DNA of 64,000 bases from Candidatus Parcubacteria bacterium (lineage in GTDB: Bacteria > Patescibacteriota > Saccharimonadia > Saccharimonadales > UBA4665): assembly GCA_023434325.1 (NCBI GenBank), contig JAEYSX010000003.1, positions 82,953 to 146,952 of the forward strand, written 5' to 3'. Shown here in pieces: positions 1 through 7,772 of the stretch. The stretch's first letter is position 1, and every line of letters starts with the position of its first letter. A model generated the notes under the pieces. It had not been told where the DNA came from. It made no database searches and saw nothing but the letters and a program-made list of their open reading frames with translations. The position numbers were made by a program, and so were the translations under genes.

Positions 1-2532
1 AGCCAAGTACCTGTTTAGCTCCTCGTTCGAAAGTTCTACGAACTGACTGCCGTTTGCCTCAACGAAGTCGGTAATTGTACCCTGCATGACGTCGCGAGCG
101 ACGGCAGGATCAACGTTAGCGATAGGAGTATTAGTCCCGGCCAAGTCGCCCTTAAACTCATCGACTACGACCTTGGCTTGGGTATCCACGATGGACTCGG
201 CTGCTTGTTCAGGCTTGATCTGCTCAGCCATTATCGCTGCGGTTCGCTCCCTAGCTGTCACACTAGCGGCGCTGTCATCGAGACCAAATATCTCTACATT
301 TTTGTTACGAGCCATATCGATCAACATCGCGTGTTCCGACTTAGTCAGCGTACCGTCAAAGGTCAGAAGCTTTTGAGTATTAGGATCAAAGACCTGAAGA
401 TTATCGACTGTAATTTTTCCACCCCAAGTGTTGCCGGTTGTGATGTACTTACCATCTACAACTTTGACATCGCCCCATGTCTGGATGTCTACGCCTGGGA
501 TTTTGTCCAGTCTAGTCCAGCCGCCCGTAATACCATCGAGGGTACCACCATTATTTAGGTTAGCGCCATTCTGCACACTAGCCCATAGGGTGTCACCCTT
601 ATATAACTTGGCAGCTTCTGCGTTGGTAACACTGTGGATATCGTAGCCCTCAAGGCCAGGAAGTTTAGCGAGTCCCTGCGGGTCGGTATTAAGGATAGTT
701 TCGACGCCATCCCGAACCTGCGGAGAAGCGATGCTCGGGGGGGTTTCGCCACCGGACGGACCGCCAGCGTGTGGTGCAGAATCACCACCAAATGGGCTCC
801 ACTTATCCACGTCGACCTTGTCCAGCAATGCTCCGGGGTCGATATCTATCATCGAGACAGCGTGCTTGATGCCGTAACCACCGGCAGCTCCCACTGCGCC
901 CGTTACCGCACCGAGGGCAGTTCGGGCGAGAATACGCCTCGTCCTACCGCGTCGTTGGTTATAACGCTCTACATCTGCGTGACCCAAAAGGTTCTGGCCT
1001 AACCTCATACTCAAGGCCTCGGCCTCACTGCCACCGGCAGTCGGATTGGCCATTACATGATTGATGGAATCGTTCAAGCTTCTTACCCGAGCCACAGCGA
1101 GCTTACCTACTACGCGTGGTGCGACTTTTGGCTGAAGGTTTTCCTCGGCAACCTTGATGTTTTCTACAACGCGGGCTCGCACGCCTGCACCAGCGGCACC
1201 CAGACCTGCACCGATTGCAAGTACGGATGGAGCAACACCTACTGTCGCGACCGTTAGAGCGGCTGCAGCGAGACCAGCTCCAGCAACAGCCAAGCCAGTG
1301 ATAAGTGCTTTCTTTCTAAAGACTTCTTTTTTCGTTTTTTTGTCGGTGGTGCGCATCACACTTCTAGGCCATGTAACTAGAAACTTCTTACCTACGCGCT
1401 GCAACCATCCGAGCTGTTGCTTGCTATACTCTGTGGTTCTGAGCTCCTCGACGCGTGCGTATACATCGGTAACATCCATCAGCGATGGCATGCCACCTTC
1501 CTCGAGCGCATCATGCAACTTTTCTTGAGCCTTTTTGAGTGATCGGCGACGGAACAGCTTACCTTGCTTTTCTTCGTACTTGGCCCACTTTTTAGCAAGT
1601 TTGTGAACCCTTCGCTCGACTCTGAGAGCCTTTTCTGCTGGCGCTACGGGACGGTTGGCAGCAGCAGGGCCTCCAGAGTTCTGGTTGGGGTTGGTAGGCT
1701 GTTGACCTTGGTTAGGATTGGCGGGTTGCTGACCTTGGTTAGGAGTTCCGGGCTGGCCGTGGTTTGGATTGGTCGAGCTAGGAGATGCGCTACCGGTAGC
1801 TGGGGGCGGAGTTCCGCCCGAGCCACTGCCTCGGCCGCTGCGGCCTCGGCCACCGCGTCCGCGCGGACGATAGCCGGCCGAACCTCGGGTGCCTTGATTA
1901 GGGTTAGCAGGCTGTTGACCTTGGTTAGGAGTTGCGGGCTGGCCATGATTTGGACCAGTTGGGCTGGGTGTTGTGCTGCCAGAGGTTCGAGACTGACCTT
2001 GACCGCCACGATTGCGCACACGGCGACGGCGGCCTGGGCCTTGACCACCCTGACCTTGGCCGCCCTGATTAGGATCGGTGGGTTGCTGACCTTGGTTAGG
2101 GCTGGCTGGATTGCCGGGGTCAGTTGCGGCATGGGGCGCGGCTGGGGTCGAAGTCGATTCGCCAGAGGTAGCTGAGCCAGAAGTCGAACTCTGTGACGAA
2201 TCGCCCCCGGCAACAACTGATCCGTTTATATACACCTGGTTTCTTGTCCGCGTAGGCGCTGGCTGTTTATCGCCAGGGAAATCAGGGTTAAGGTATTTCC
2301 AGCCATCCACAATGTCTACCACTGGCGGCTTGTCACCTGCCCCGCTGGGTGGGGCTACTTGATCAGGTTGGGACGAAGGCATGCCGTCTGGAGTAGAAAA
2401 ACCTGCTTCGGACGGAGTTACACCAGGATCGACTCCATAACCTTCACGTTGGGGAGGGACTTGAGGTGAAGCTAACTCTCCCACCAAGGGGGGCTGACCT
2501 GCGTCTGGGAATCCTGCGCCTTTTTCGGCCAT
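1..2532 (-). CDS. Large membrane-anchored low-complexity protein (>=844 aa, 3' end outside the window; not in the ORF track)
   Basis: Manual translation from ATG 2532 (SD-like AGAAAGG upstream) is open to position 1: MAEKGAGFPDAGQPP..., PNQGQQP repeats, an RG-rich patch, hydrophobic ALITGLAVAGAGLAAAALTVATVGV, then KGDTLW...QTWGD. Confidence 0.85.
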   Translation of the reverse strand, partial: MAEKGAGFPDAGQPPLVGELASPQVPPQREGYGVDPGVTPSEAGFSTPDGMPSSQPDQVAPPSGAGDKPPVVDIVDGWKYLNPDFPGDKQPAPTRTRNQVYINGSVVAGGDSSQSSTSGSATSGESTSTPAAPHAATDPGNPASPNQGQQPTDPNQGGQGQGGQGPGRRRRVRNRGGQGQSRTSGSTTPSPTGPNHGQPATPNQGQQPANPNQGTRGSAGYRPRGRGGRGRSGRGSGSGGTPPPATGSASPSSTNPNHGQPGTPNQGQQPANPNQGQQPTNPNQNSGGPAAANRPVAPAEKALRVERRVHKLAKKWAKYEEKQGKLFRRRSLKKAQEKLHDALEEGGMPSLMDVTDVYARVEELRTTEYSKQQLGWLQRVGKKFLVTWPRSVMRTTDKKTKKEVFRKKALITGLAVAGAGLAAAALTVATVGVAPSVLAIGAGLGAAGAGVRARVVENIKVAEENLQPKVAPRVVGKLAVARVRSLNDSINHVMANPTAGGSEAEALSMRLGQNLLGHADVERYNQRRGRTRRILARTALGAVTGAVGAAGGYGIKHAVSMIDIDPGALLDKVDVDKWSPFGGDSAPHAGGPSGGETPPSIASPQVRDGVETILNTDPQGLAKLPGLEGYDIHSVTNAEAAKLYKGDTLWASVQNGANLNNGGTLDGITGGWTRLDKIPGVDIQTWGDVKVVDGKYITTGNTWGGKITVDNLQVFDPNTQKLLTFDGTLTKSEHAMLIDMARNKNVEIFGLDDSAASVTARERTAAIMAEQIKPEQAAESIVDTQAKVVVDEFKGDLAGTNTPIANVDPAVARDVMQGTITDFVEANGSQFVELSNEELNRYLA
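1690..2110 (-). repeat. Coding repeats PNQGQQP (core TGACCTTGGTTAGG on the + strand, 4 copies plus degenerate PNQG units)
   Basis: (g)ggYtgYtgaccttggttagg at about 1697, 1723, 1909 and 2080. Confidence 0.85.
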
Positions 2533-2762
2533 CGCAACAACCTTTCTAAATTACTGTTTTTTATTTTTTTGTTATACAACTATATAAGCACAAAGGCTTT
2601 ATAATGTCAACTATAAGACTACAAAGTGGTGTCATATCCAAAAGCTTATGTTAAATAAATCTAGCGCCTGTTTAGCTGTACCGAAAGGGGTTTGGTATGC
2701 ACGCTGATATAAAGAAGGCAGCCACAAATAACATGACTGCTTTATGTGCAACTAGCGGTTAC

Positions 2763-4262
2763 CTATATGGCTTGGACAGGAGCTATGTTTGTTATACCTT
2801 GGAGTATTTTGGTCATCTCTGTGGCGCTCGGGAATGCTAACTTGGTGTTAGGAGGAATAAGGGTAGCTTTTTTGTGATCCATACCTCCGGGGTGGCGCTT
2901 GTCCATAAAGGCAAGGAGTTGATCGGTTAGCTGGACGCTTTGCCATTCGGTGAGGTTGTCGTAGCCCAATCGTGCCGCATAGCTTTTGCCTGCGTGCCAG
3001 ATTGTGCCCTCGCCTGTCGCGGGGTTATACTCTTTGCCGATTGACATCATGACGTGGTCTGCTTGCTGCGGTTTTTCTGGCGTTGTTGGAGGCTTTTGGA
3101 ATGGGGACTTAGGTGCCGACGGCGAAGGTGTAGTGTTGACTACCGAAGGATTGGGGTCTTTTGGCTCTTTGGACACTGTATTCCCAAACAACGTAGCCGT
3201 TGCGGCAACTGCGATAGCTGCAGCCGCTACGAGTATACGCTTCCAACGCTTGGGGCGAGGCCGTTCGGCGCTCGACGGACCTGCCTCATACCCGAACGGC
3301 GGTTTGGTGGGGCCAGAGGGACCAGCCTGTCGCGGAGGAAACGATTCTTCGGGGCGAGGCGGCAAATCCTGATCATCGGCGCGGTGCGCACCCTCTTGGC
3401 GCGGGGGGTCGGGTGCCACCGAGGAATCGGCGCTTGGGCTTGGATCTGGGTCCGGCTCTATACGAGAGCTAAACTCGCCGGCAACAATCGCGTCAATCAA
3501 GTCGAGACGGTTATCAATGATCCTTACCCATTCACTGGGCATAAACGAATCAGGCGTGGCAATACCCAACAGTGGCCCCAGCTCCTGACGGTCGAGAGCA
3601 AACTGGTCGCGATCAAACGCGCTTATCTCTGACCTCTTTTTATCTATAAATACTTCCTGACCCGAGAGCGGATCACGGACTAACTCTAAGTGGCGCTGTT
3701 CTAGACTATTGGCTACGGACTCTAGCCGATCGACTGTGGACTCGTGATTACCTAAACCCTCACCGGCATTGAGATTCGGCAGGTCACCCTCGATGCGCTC
3801 GGGAAGCAGCCACGACTCCGGCGTACCCATACTGTGCACCAAAGCTGCGGTATCTGCGTCGGGACCAGTTATTTGTTTTCCATCCGGACCGTAAAATACA
3901 CTACCCTCTGGACCATCGTGCCGAACTATCTGACGTGCGGTCGTAAGAAAATCGGCAAAATTATCAACGGTCACCCGCCCGCTACGCAAAAGGTCTGCTT
4001 GGCGATGCAGTTGTTCGCCAAAGCCCGGTTCTTTGACCGTTTCGTCTGGCGACGATATATGTTGAACAGAGACAGTTTCATCGGCCACCACTGCCCTGCC
4101 CACCGCCCTGTCATAATCGTGGCGAGGCATAGGCACGGTTATGGGTTCTTGGCCTAAGAGAATACGGGTTTCGCCCGTGTCGAATCTATCACAGGGATCG
4201 AGTGGATAAAGTGGTGGGATGTCTGTGGGTGCTGGTGCTTCTAGTGTTGCTCCGTGTCTCAT
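2763..4262 (-). CDS. Single-pass membrane protein with Pro-rich linkers and a degenerate LysM-like C-terminal domain
   Basis: 499-aa ORF. KRWKR precedes the TM helix ILVAAAAIAVAATATLF. C-terminal GEGTIW...ATLIPPNTKLAFP resembles the LysM ends GDTLW...LIxPGxxLxIP. Confidence 0.75.
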   Translation of the reverse strand: MRHGATLEAPAPTDIPPLYPLDPCDRFDTGETRILLGQEPITVPMPRHDYDRAVGRAVVADETVSVQHISSPDETVKEPGFGEQLHRQADLLRSGRVTVDNFADFLTTARQIVRHDGPEGSVFYGPDGKQITGPDADTAALVHSMGTPESWLLPERIEGDLPNLNAGEGLGNHESTVDRLESVANSLEQRHLELVRDPLSGQEVFIDKKRSEISAFDRDQFALDRQELGPLLGIATPDSFMPSEWVRIIDNRLDLIDAIVAGEFSSRIEPDPDPSPSADSSVAPDPPRQEGAHRADDQDLPPRPEESFPPRQAGPSGPTKPPFGYEAGPSSAERPRPKRWKRILVAAAAIAVAATATLFGNTVSKEPKDPNPSVVNTTPSPSAPKSPFQKPPTTPEKPQQADHVMMSIGKEYNPATGEGTIWHAGKSYAARLGYDNLTEWQSVQLTDQLLAFMDKRHPGGMDHKKATLIPPNTKLAFPSATEMTKILQGITNIAPVQAI

Positions 4263-4386
4263 GGTGTACCGCCGCTTATGTTCACTGGCATTATCTATGC
4301 TGTTAGATAATGATTCTGTGGAATATCCAACACGTTTTGCTGAGAATGCGGGGCTTGTCTAGGGGTGCGCCGGCTCGGCTTTGAGA

Positions 4387-5838
4387 CTAAATTCCCGTTC
4401 CGCTTGCAAATTGCTGGATGATGGCCAGCTTGCTGGGGGTGTCGTAATACGACTTGGGCGTGCCATCGGACAATTGGACAGTAACACTATTTACGCCCCA
4501 ATCACCGGAATTGGGGTCGCCCCATGTGTCGACGCATAAACCGTTGCTGCATGCCTTGTCTATAAGACCGAGTGAGTACGGGGTGGCTTCGGAGGCGCCA
4601 TGTGTGTTGGCGATAGCACTCCATTCGTATTGTTCGCCGTGGTAATCGTGCGGCTGCAGGCTATCAAAATAAAGACCGGTGCCGTGCGGCGGCTTAAAGC
4701 TGTCGGGGATTGGCGTAAATGTTTCGGGCGGCGGCGTACTAAACGTTTCGGGCGGCGGGGCTGCCTGAGGCGGACACGCCGGCTGCCCATGGCCGCACCA
4801 ATCCGGACGGTAACCATTTGCCCACGCCAGCGCCCCAACAACCGCGGCTCCGCCGACAACCACCGTTCCGGCCATAACCAAGCGGCGGCGACGACCCTTT
4901 TCGGGGTCGGTAAAATAGCCGTGAACGGCCGCCATACCCGAGTACCAGGCGTGGCGCAGTTTCTCGAGCGGCGATTTTTTGGCCTCTTTTTTGACTATTT
5001 GCTTTTCGCGTGTCGGCGCAGGCTGGGTTGGCGGTTCTTTTGTCATCACAGGTACGGGAACGGACGGCTCGGGTACGGTTTCGACCTCGGTCTTGGCCTT
5101 GGCCTTGGTCTCGGTGGGTGCGGGGTGCGGTTCGGGCTTACGGCGCTGCGTAATAATTGTGGGTTTAGACCTGCGGGTGATAATTATCCGCCTGCGTCGA
5201 CGCTTGCCGTCTGGGGTCGACTCTTTCGTGTCGGACTCGGGCTGGGTCTTCTGGTCGGGATTTGACTCTGGGGTAGGAGCCGCAGGCTTGTGCGGTTCTT
5301 CTTTGCGAGGTTTGGACGCGGGTCGGGGTCGGGGCTCGGGTTGGGGTTTAGGCTCAAAATCGGAAGTCGGTCGGGATTGCGGCTCTGGCTTGGGGGTTTG
5401 CACGGGCGGGTTTTCCTCTGTGTTTTTGGGACCAAAGGGTGATCCGGCGTCTGGCGGTCGCTCCGGCTCGGTCGTAGCGTGTGTATCCTCCACTTGGTGG
5501 CGTCCGTAGTATGATCCGCCCCCGAACGTCTGGGTGCGTATACGCTCGCGCAATCCGTCCGCGTATGCCTTGGCCGCGGCCTGCCGCCCGAGTATCTGGG
5601 CGATTTGCCGGCGGCGTGAATCGATAACCTCCCTGCCCTCCTCGCTATTTTCGCCTAAAAATATTTTGGCGCGGACAATGTCGAACTCGGCCTCTTGCCA
5701 CTCGAACAGCTGGCCGAACGCATAGTGATCGGCAGCATCTGCAAGACTATTCATGAGACCAAGATCCATATCGGGACTCGGCTTTGGCTTGTACGCCTCG
5801 CCTCCCATGCCCATGGCTTCGCCGTTTGTTCCACTCAT
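4387..5838 (-). CDS. Single-pass membrane protein with a long Pro/Glu/Lys-rich disordered N-terminus
   Basis: AGGAGG SD before ATG 5838. RRRR precedes TM LVMAGTVVVGGAAVVGALAW. PPPETF repeats and a C-terminal TWGD motif. Confidence 0.8.
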   Translation of the reverse strand: MSGTNGEAMGMGGEAYKPKPSPDMDLGLMNSLADAADHYAFGQLFEWQEAEFDIVRAKIFLGENSEEGREVIDSRRRQIAQILGRQAAAKAYADGLRERIRTQTFGGGSYYGRHQVEDTHATTEPERPPDAGSPFGPKNTEENPPVQTPKPEPQSRPTSDFEPKPQPEPRPRPASKPRKEEPHKPAAPTPESNPDQKTQPESDTKESTPDGKRRRRRIIITRRSKPTIITQRRKPEPHPAPTETKAKAKTEVETVPEPSVPVPVMTKEPPTQPAPTREKQIVKKEAKKSPLEKLRHAWYSGMAAVHGYFTDPEKGRRRRLVMAGTVVVGGAAVVGALAWANGYRPDWCGHGQPACPPQAAPPPETFSTPPPETFTPIPDSFKPPHGTGLYFDSLQPHDYHGEQYEWSAIANTHGASEATPYSLGLIDKACSNGLCVDTWGDPNSGDWGVNSVTVQLSDGTPKSYYDTPSKLAIIQQFASGTGI

Positions 5839-6021
5839 GTGAACCTCCTGCCCCACTCATTTGCAGGTATGTCTATGTGGTGAACGCAACATGCTAGGTA
5901 TCTTCTGTCGTTACCCATACGATATGCCCGCCTGCGATCCGGGGCAGTAAAATTTATGGCAATCGGCGACGCCGTAGAATAGGATTGGCGACCATGCGAC
6001 AGAGGTGGTATGCTACCAGAG

Positions 6022-7083
6022 ATGATTGTGTTAGGAATCGAGTCGAGTTGCGACGAGACAGCCGTTGGCATTGTGCAAGACGGCTATAAAATGTTGGCGA
6101 ATGCTGTGACGAGCAGCGTAGATTTGCACGTCAAATACGGCGGCGTCGTGCCCGAGATTGCGGCACGCAGCCATATCGAGGCGATTATCCCCGTAATCGA
6201 GACTGCGCTAGAGAGCGCTGACTGTACGTGGGACGATATTGACGCCATCGCCGTCACGCAAGGCGCCGGCCTAAACGGCAGCCTGCTCATCGGTGTACTG
6301 GCAGCGCGCACGCTGGCCATCACCAAAAACAAGCCATTGTACGCCGCCAACCACGTTGTGGGTCACATCTACGCCAACTTTTTGACCGAAACTTCCCTAC
6401 CCGATTACCAGATGCGCACCTCACAGCCGGAATTTCCGATGCTCGGTATTATCGTAAGCGGCGGACACAGTCAACTCGTAGTCTGGCGCAGCCACTTTGA
6501 CTACGACCTACTAGGGCAAACGCAGGACGACGCGATTGGCGAAGCCTTTGATAAAGTGGGTAAGATTTTGGGACTTCCCTATCCTGGCGGCATCAGCGTA
6601 TCCAACAAAGCGACAGAGGGCGACCCGTTTGCCTATCGATTGCCCAAGGCAAAGATGCCGGGCAAATACGACTTTAGCTATTCTGGGCTTAAAACAGCCG
6701 TTCTGAGGGCCGCGCAAGAAGCAGCTGGAAAAGACTACTCCCTGCCCTCTATCGAGCTTCCTGGGCTATTAAATGACGCTCAGAAAGCCAATATAGCCGC
6801 CAGCTTTCAGCGCGTAGCCTACGAGGCGATTGTCGACAAAGTAGTACTGGCATTTGACGAGTTTACGCCAAAGAGCATTGTTATGGGCGGCGGCGTCGCT
6901 GCCAACGCCGAGCTACGGCGACAACTTGCAGAGCGAATCCCCTTGCCTATCGAATATCCGGACAGAAAACTGTGCGGGGATAACGGCGCGATGATCGCGA
7001 CATTAGGATGTTTTCTTGCCTCCGAGAATCAACCACAAAGCGACCCCTACTCGCTTGAGATCCTACCAAACTTATCGATGTAA
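6022..7083 (+). CDS. tsaD: tRNA threonylcarbamoyladenosine (t6A) biosynthesis protein TsaD
   Basis: LGIESSCDET, GGVVPEIAARSH, NHVVGH, SGGHS, DDAIGEAFDK, FSYSGLKT, DNGAMIA. Confidence 0.97.
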   Translation: MIVLGIESSCDETAVGIVQDGYKMLANAVTSSVDLHVKYGGVVPEIAARSHIEAIIPVIETALESADCTWDDIDAIAVTQGAGLNGSLLIGVLAARTLAITKNKPLYAANHVVGHIYANFLTETSLPDYQMRTSQPEFPMLGIIVSGGHSQLVVWRSHFDYDLLGQTQDDAIGEAFDKVGKILGLPYPGGISVSNKATEGDPFAYRLPKAKMPGKYDFSYSGLKTAVLRAAQEAAGKDYSLPSIELPGLLNDAQKANIAASFQRVAYEAIVDKVVLAFDEFTPKSIVMGGGVAANAELRRQLAERIPLPIEYPDRKLCGDNGAMIATLGCFLASENQPQSDPYSLEILPNLSM

Positions 7084-7133
7084 TTGGTGTTTGATTGTTA
7101 AAAATCACAACATCTAACAGATAAGAATATCGC

Positions 7134-7162
7134 TTGACGGCCAAGGCAACCTTACATATGCT
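7134..7162 (+). promoter_or_regulatory. sigma70-type promoter upstream of the long non-coding region
   Basis: TTGACG (7134-7139), 17-bp spacer, TATGCT (7157-7162). Confidence 0.75.
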
Positions 7163-7168
7163 TAGGCC

Positions 7169-7735
7169 TGCAAAAACAAAAATTATCGTGCATGGGTATA
7201 CCCGACCAGCCACCGGGCGCTCCAAAGCGAGGAGCAAACAAAAGACGAACACTAGTTGGAGTTTATGCCTGACTTTTAGGTTGTTTTGTGGTGGGCTTTC
7301 ACGTGGAAAGTCTTATTGTGCGTGAGATCATTTCACCTGAAAACCTGCGCTCACAGAACTTATCCGTAGGGCGGCTTTGCTAATGTGCCGGAGCAAGTTA
7401 GAGGAGGGCTTAAACGCCTGAACTCTGCCTTACTATGGACATAGGGCAGGGCATACAGCACCTGACTGCCGGTAGCGTGCAGGTTACCATAGCCTGACCG
7501 CCCGCATAGCCATACTTATGGTGTCGACGTACGCGCAGACATATCTCAACGGGGCGTAGTATCAATGTTTAGCAAGCAAGGGCGCGTCGGAGGCAGAAGA
7601 ATCACGAGGTCAAACCCTGAGCGTCTTGATACACAGGTGCATGTCCAAGTGCATCTCGGGTCTGTCAAGTTGGCGCCCAAGATTAGTCGCAGTCTTAACC
7701 GGAGCAACAGAGGTAGAAATTACATCCGCAAGGTG
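7169..7735 (+). ncRNA. Candidate large structured non-coding RNA (unclassified)
   Basis: No credible ORF in ~680 bp of an otherwise dense genome. It has its own promoter, more than 10 stem-loops and long-range pairings. Boundaries are approximate. Confidence 0.5.
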
Positions 7736-7742
7736 ATATGCT
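7734..7742 (+). promoter_or_regulatory. Extended -10 promoter for valS
   Basis: TGaTATGCT, with GAGG SD at 7763-7766 before ATG 7773. Confidence 0.5.
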
Positions 7743-7772
7743 AAGGGGGATAGTATTAACTTGAGGATGGCT

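Noticed and set aside
1690..2110. CRISPR array
   Set aside because: The repeats are in-frame coding repeats with irregular spacing, and there are no cas genes in the window.
86..2362. ORF-track entries here (e.g. 1564-2175 +, 1644-2216 -)
   Set aside because: They are antisense or off-frame shadows of the real minus-strand ORF starting at 2532.
7192..7272. tmRNA tag or leader peptide (MGIPDQPPGAPKRGANKRRTLVGVYA*)
   Set aside because: The ending resembles a tag, but there is no tmRNA acceptor/T-arm with CCA, no SD and no Val-codon run for attenuation.
7300..7715. RNase P RNA (fragments GGAAAGTC, ACAGAAC, CCGGAGCAAG, CATAGGGCAGGG, GCAACAGAG)
   Set aside because: The fragments are out of canonical order and the P4 pairing cannot form. 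Probably coincidence, though a cmscan check is worthwhile.
7318..7735. Group II intron (GTGCG start) or group I intron (AAGATTAGTC, S-like)
   Set aside because: No pairable domain V/VI, no convincing P/Q/R elements and no interrupted host gene.
7169..7760. T-box riboswitch in the valS leader
   Set aside because: No GGTGGNACC antiterminator motif or terminator before valS; the only GGTGG (~7290) lacks ACC; valS seems to have its own promoter.
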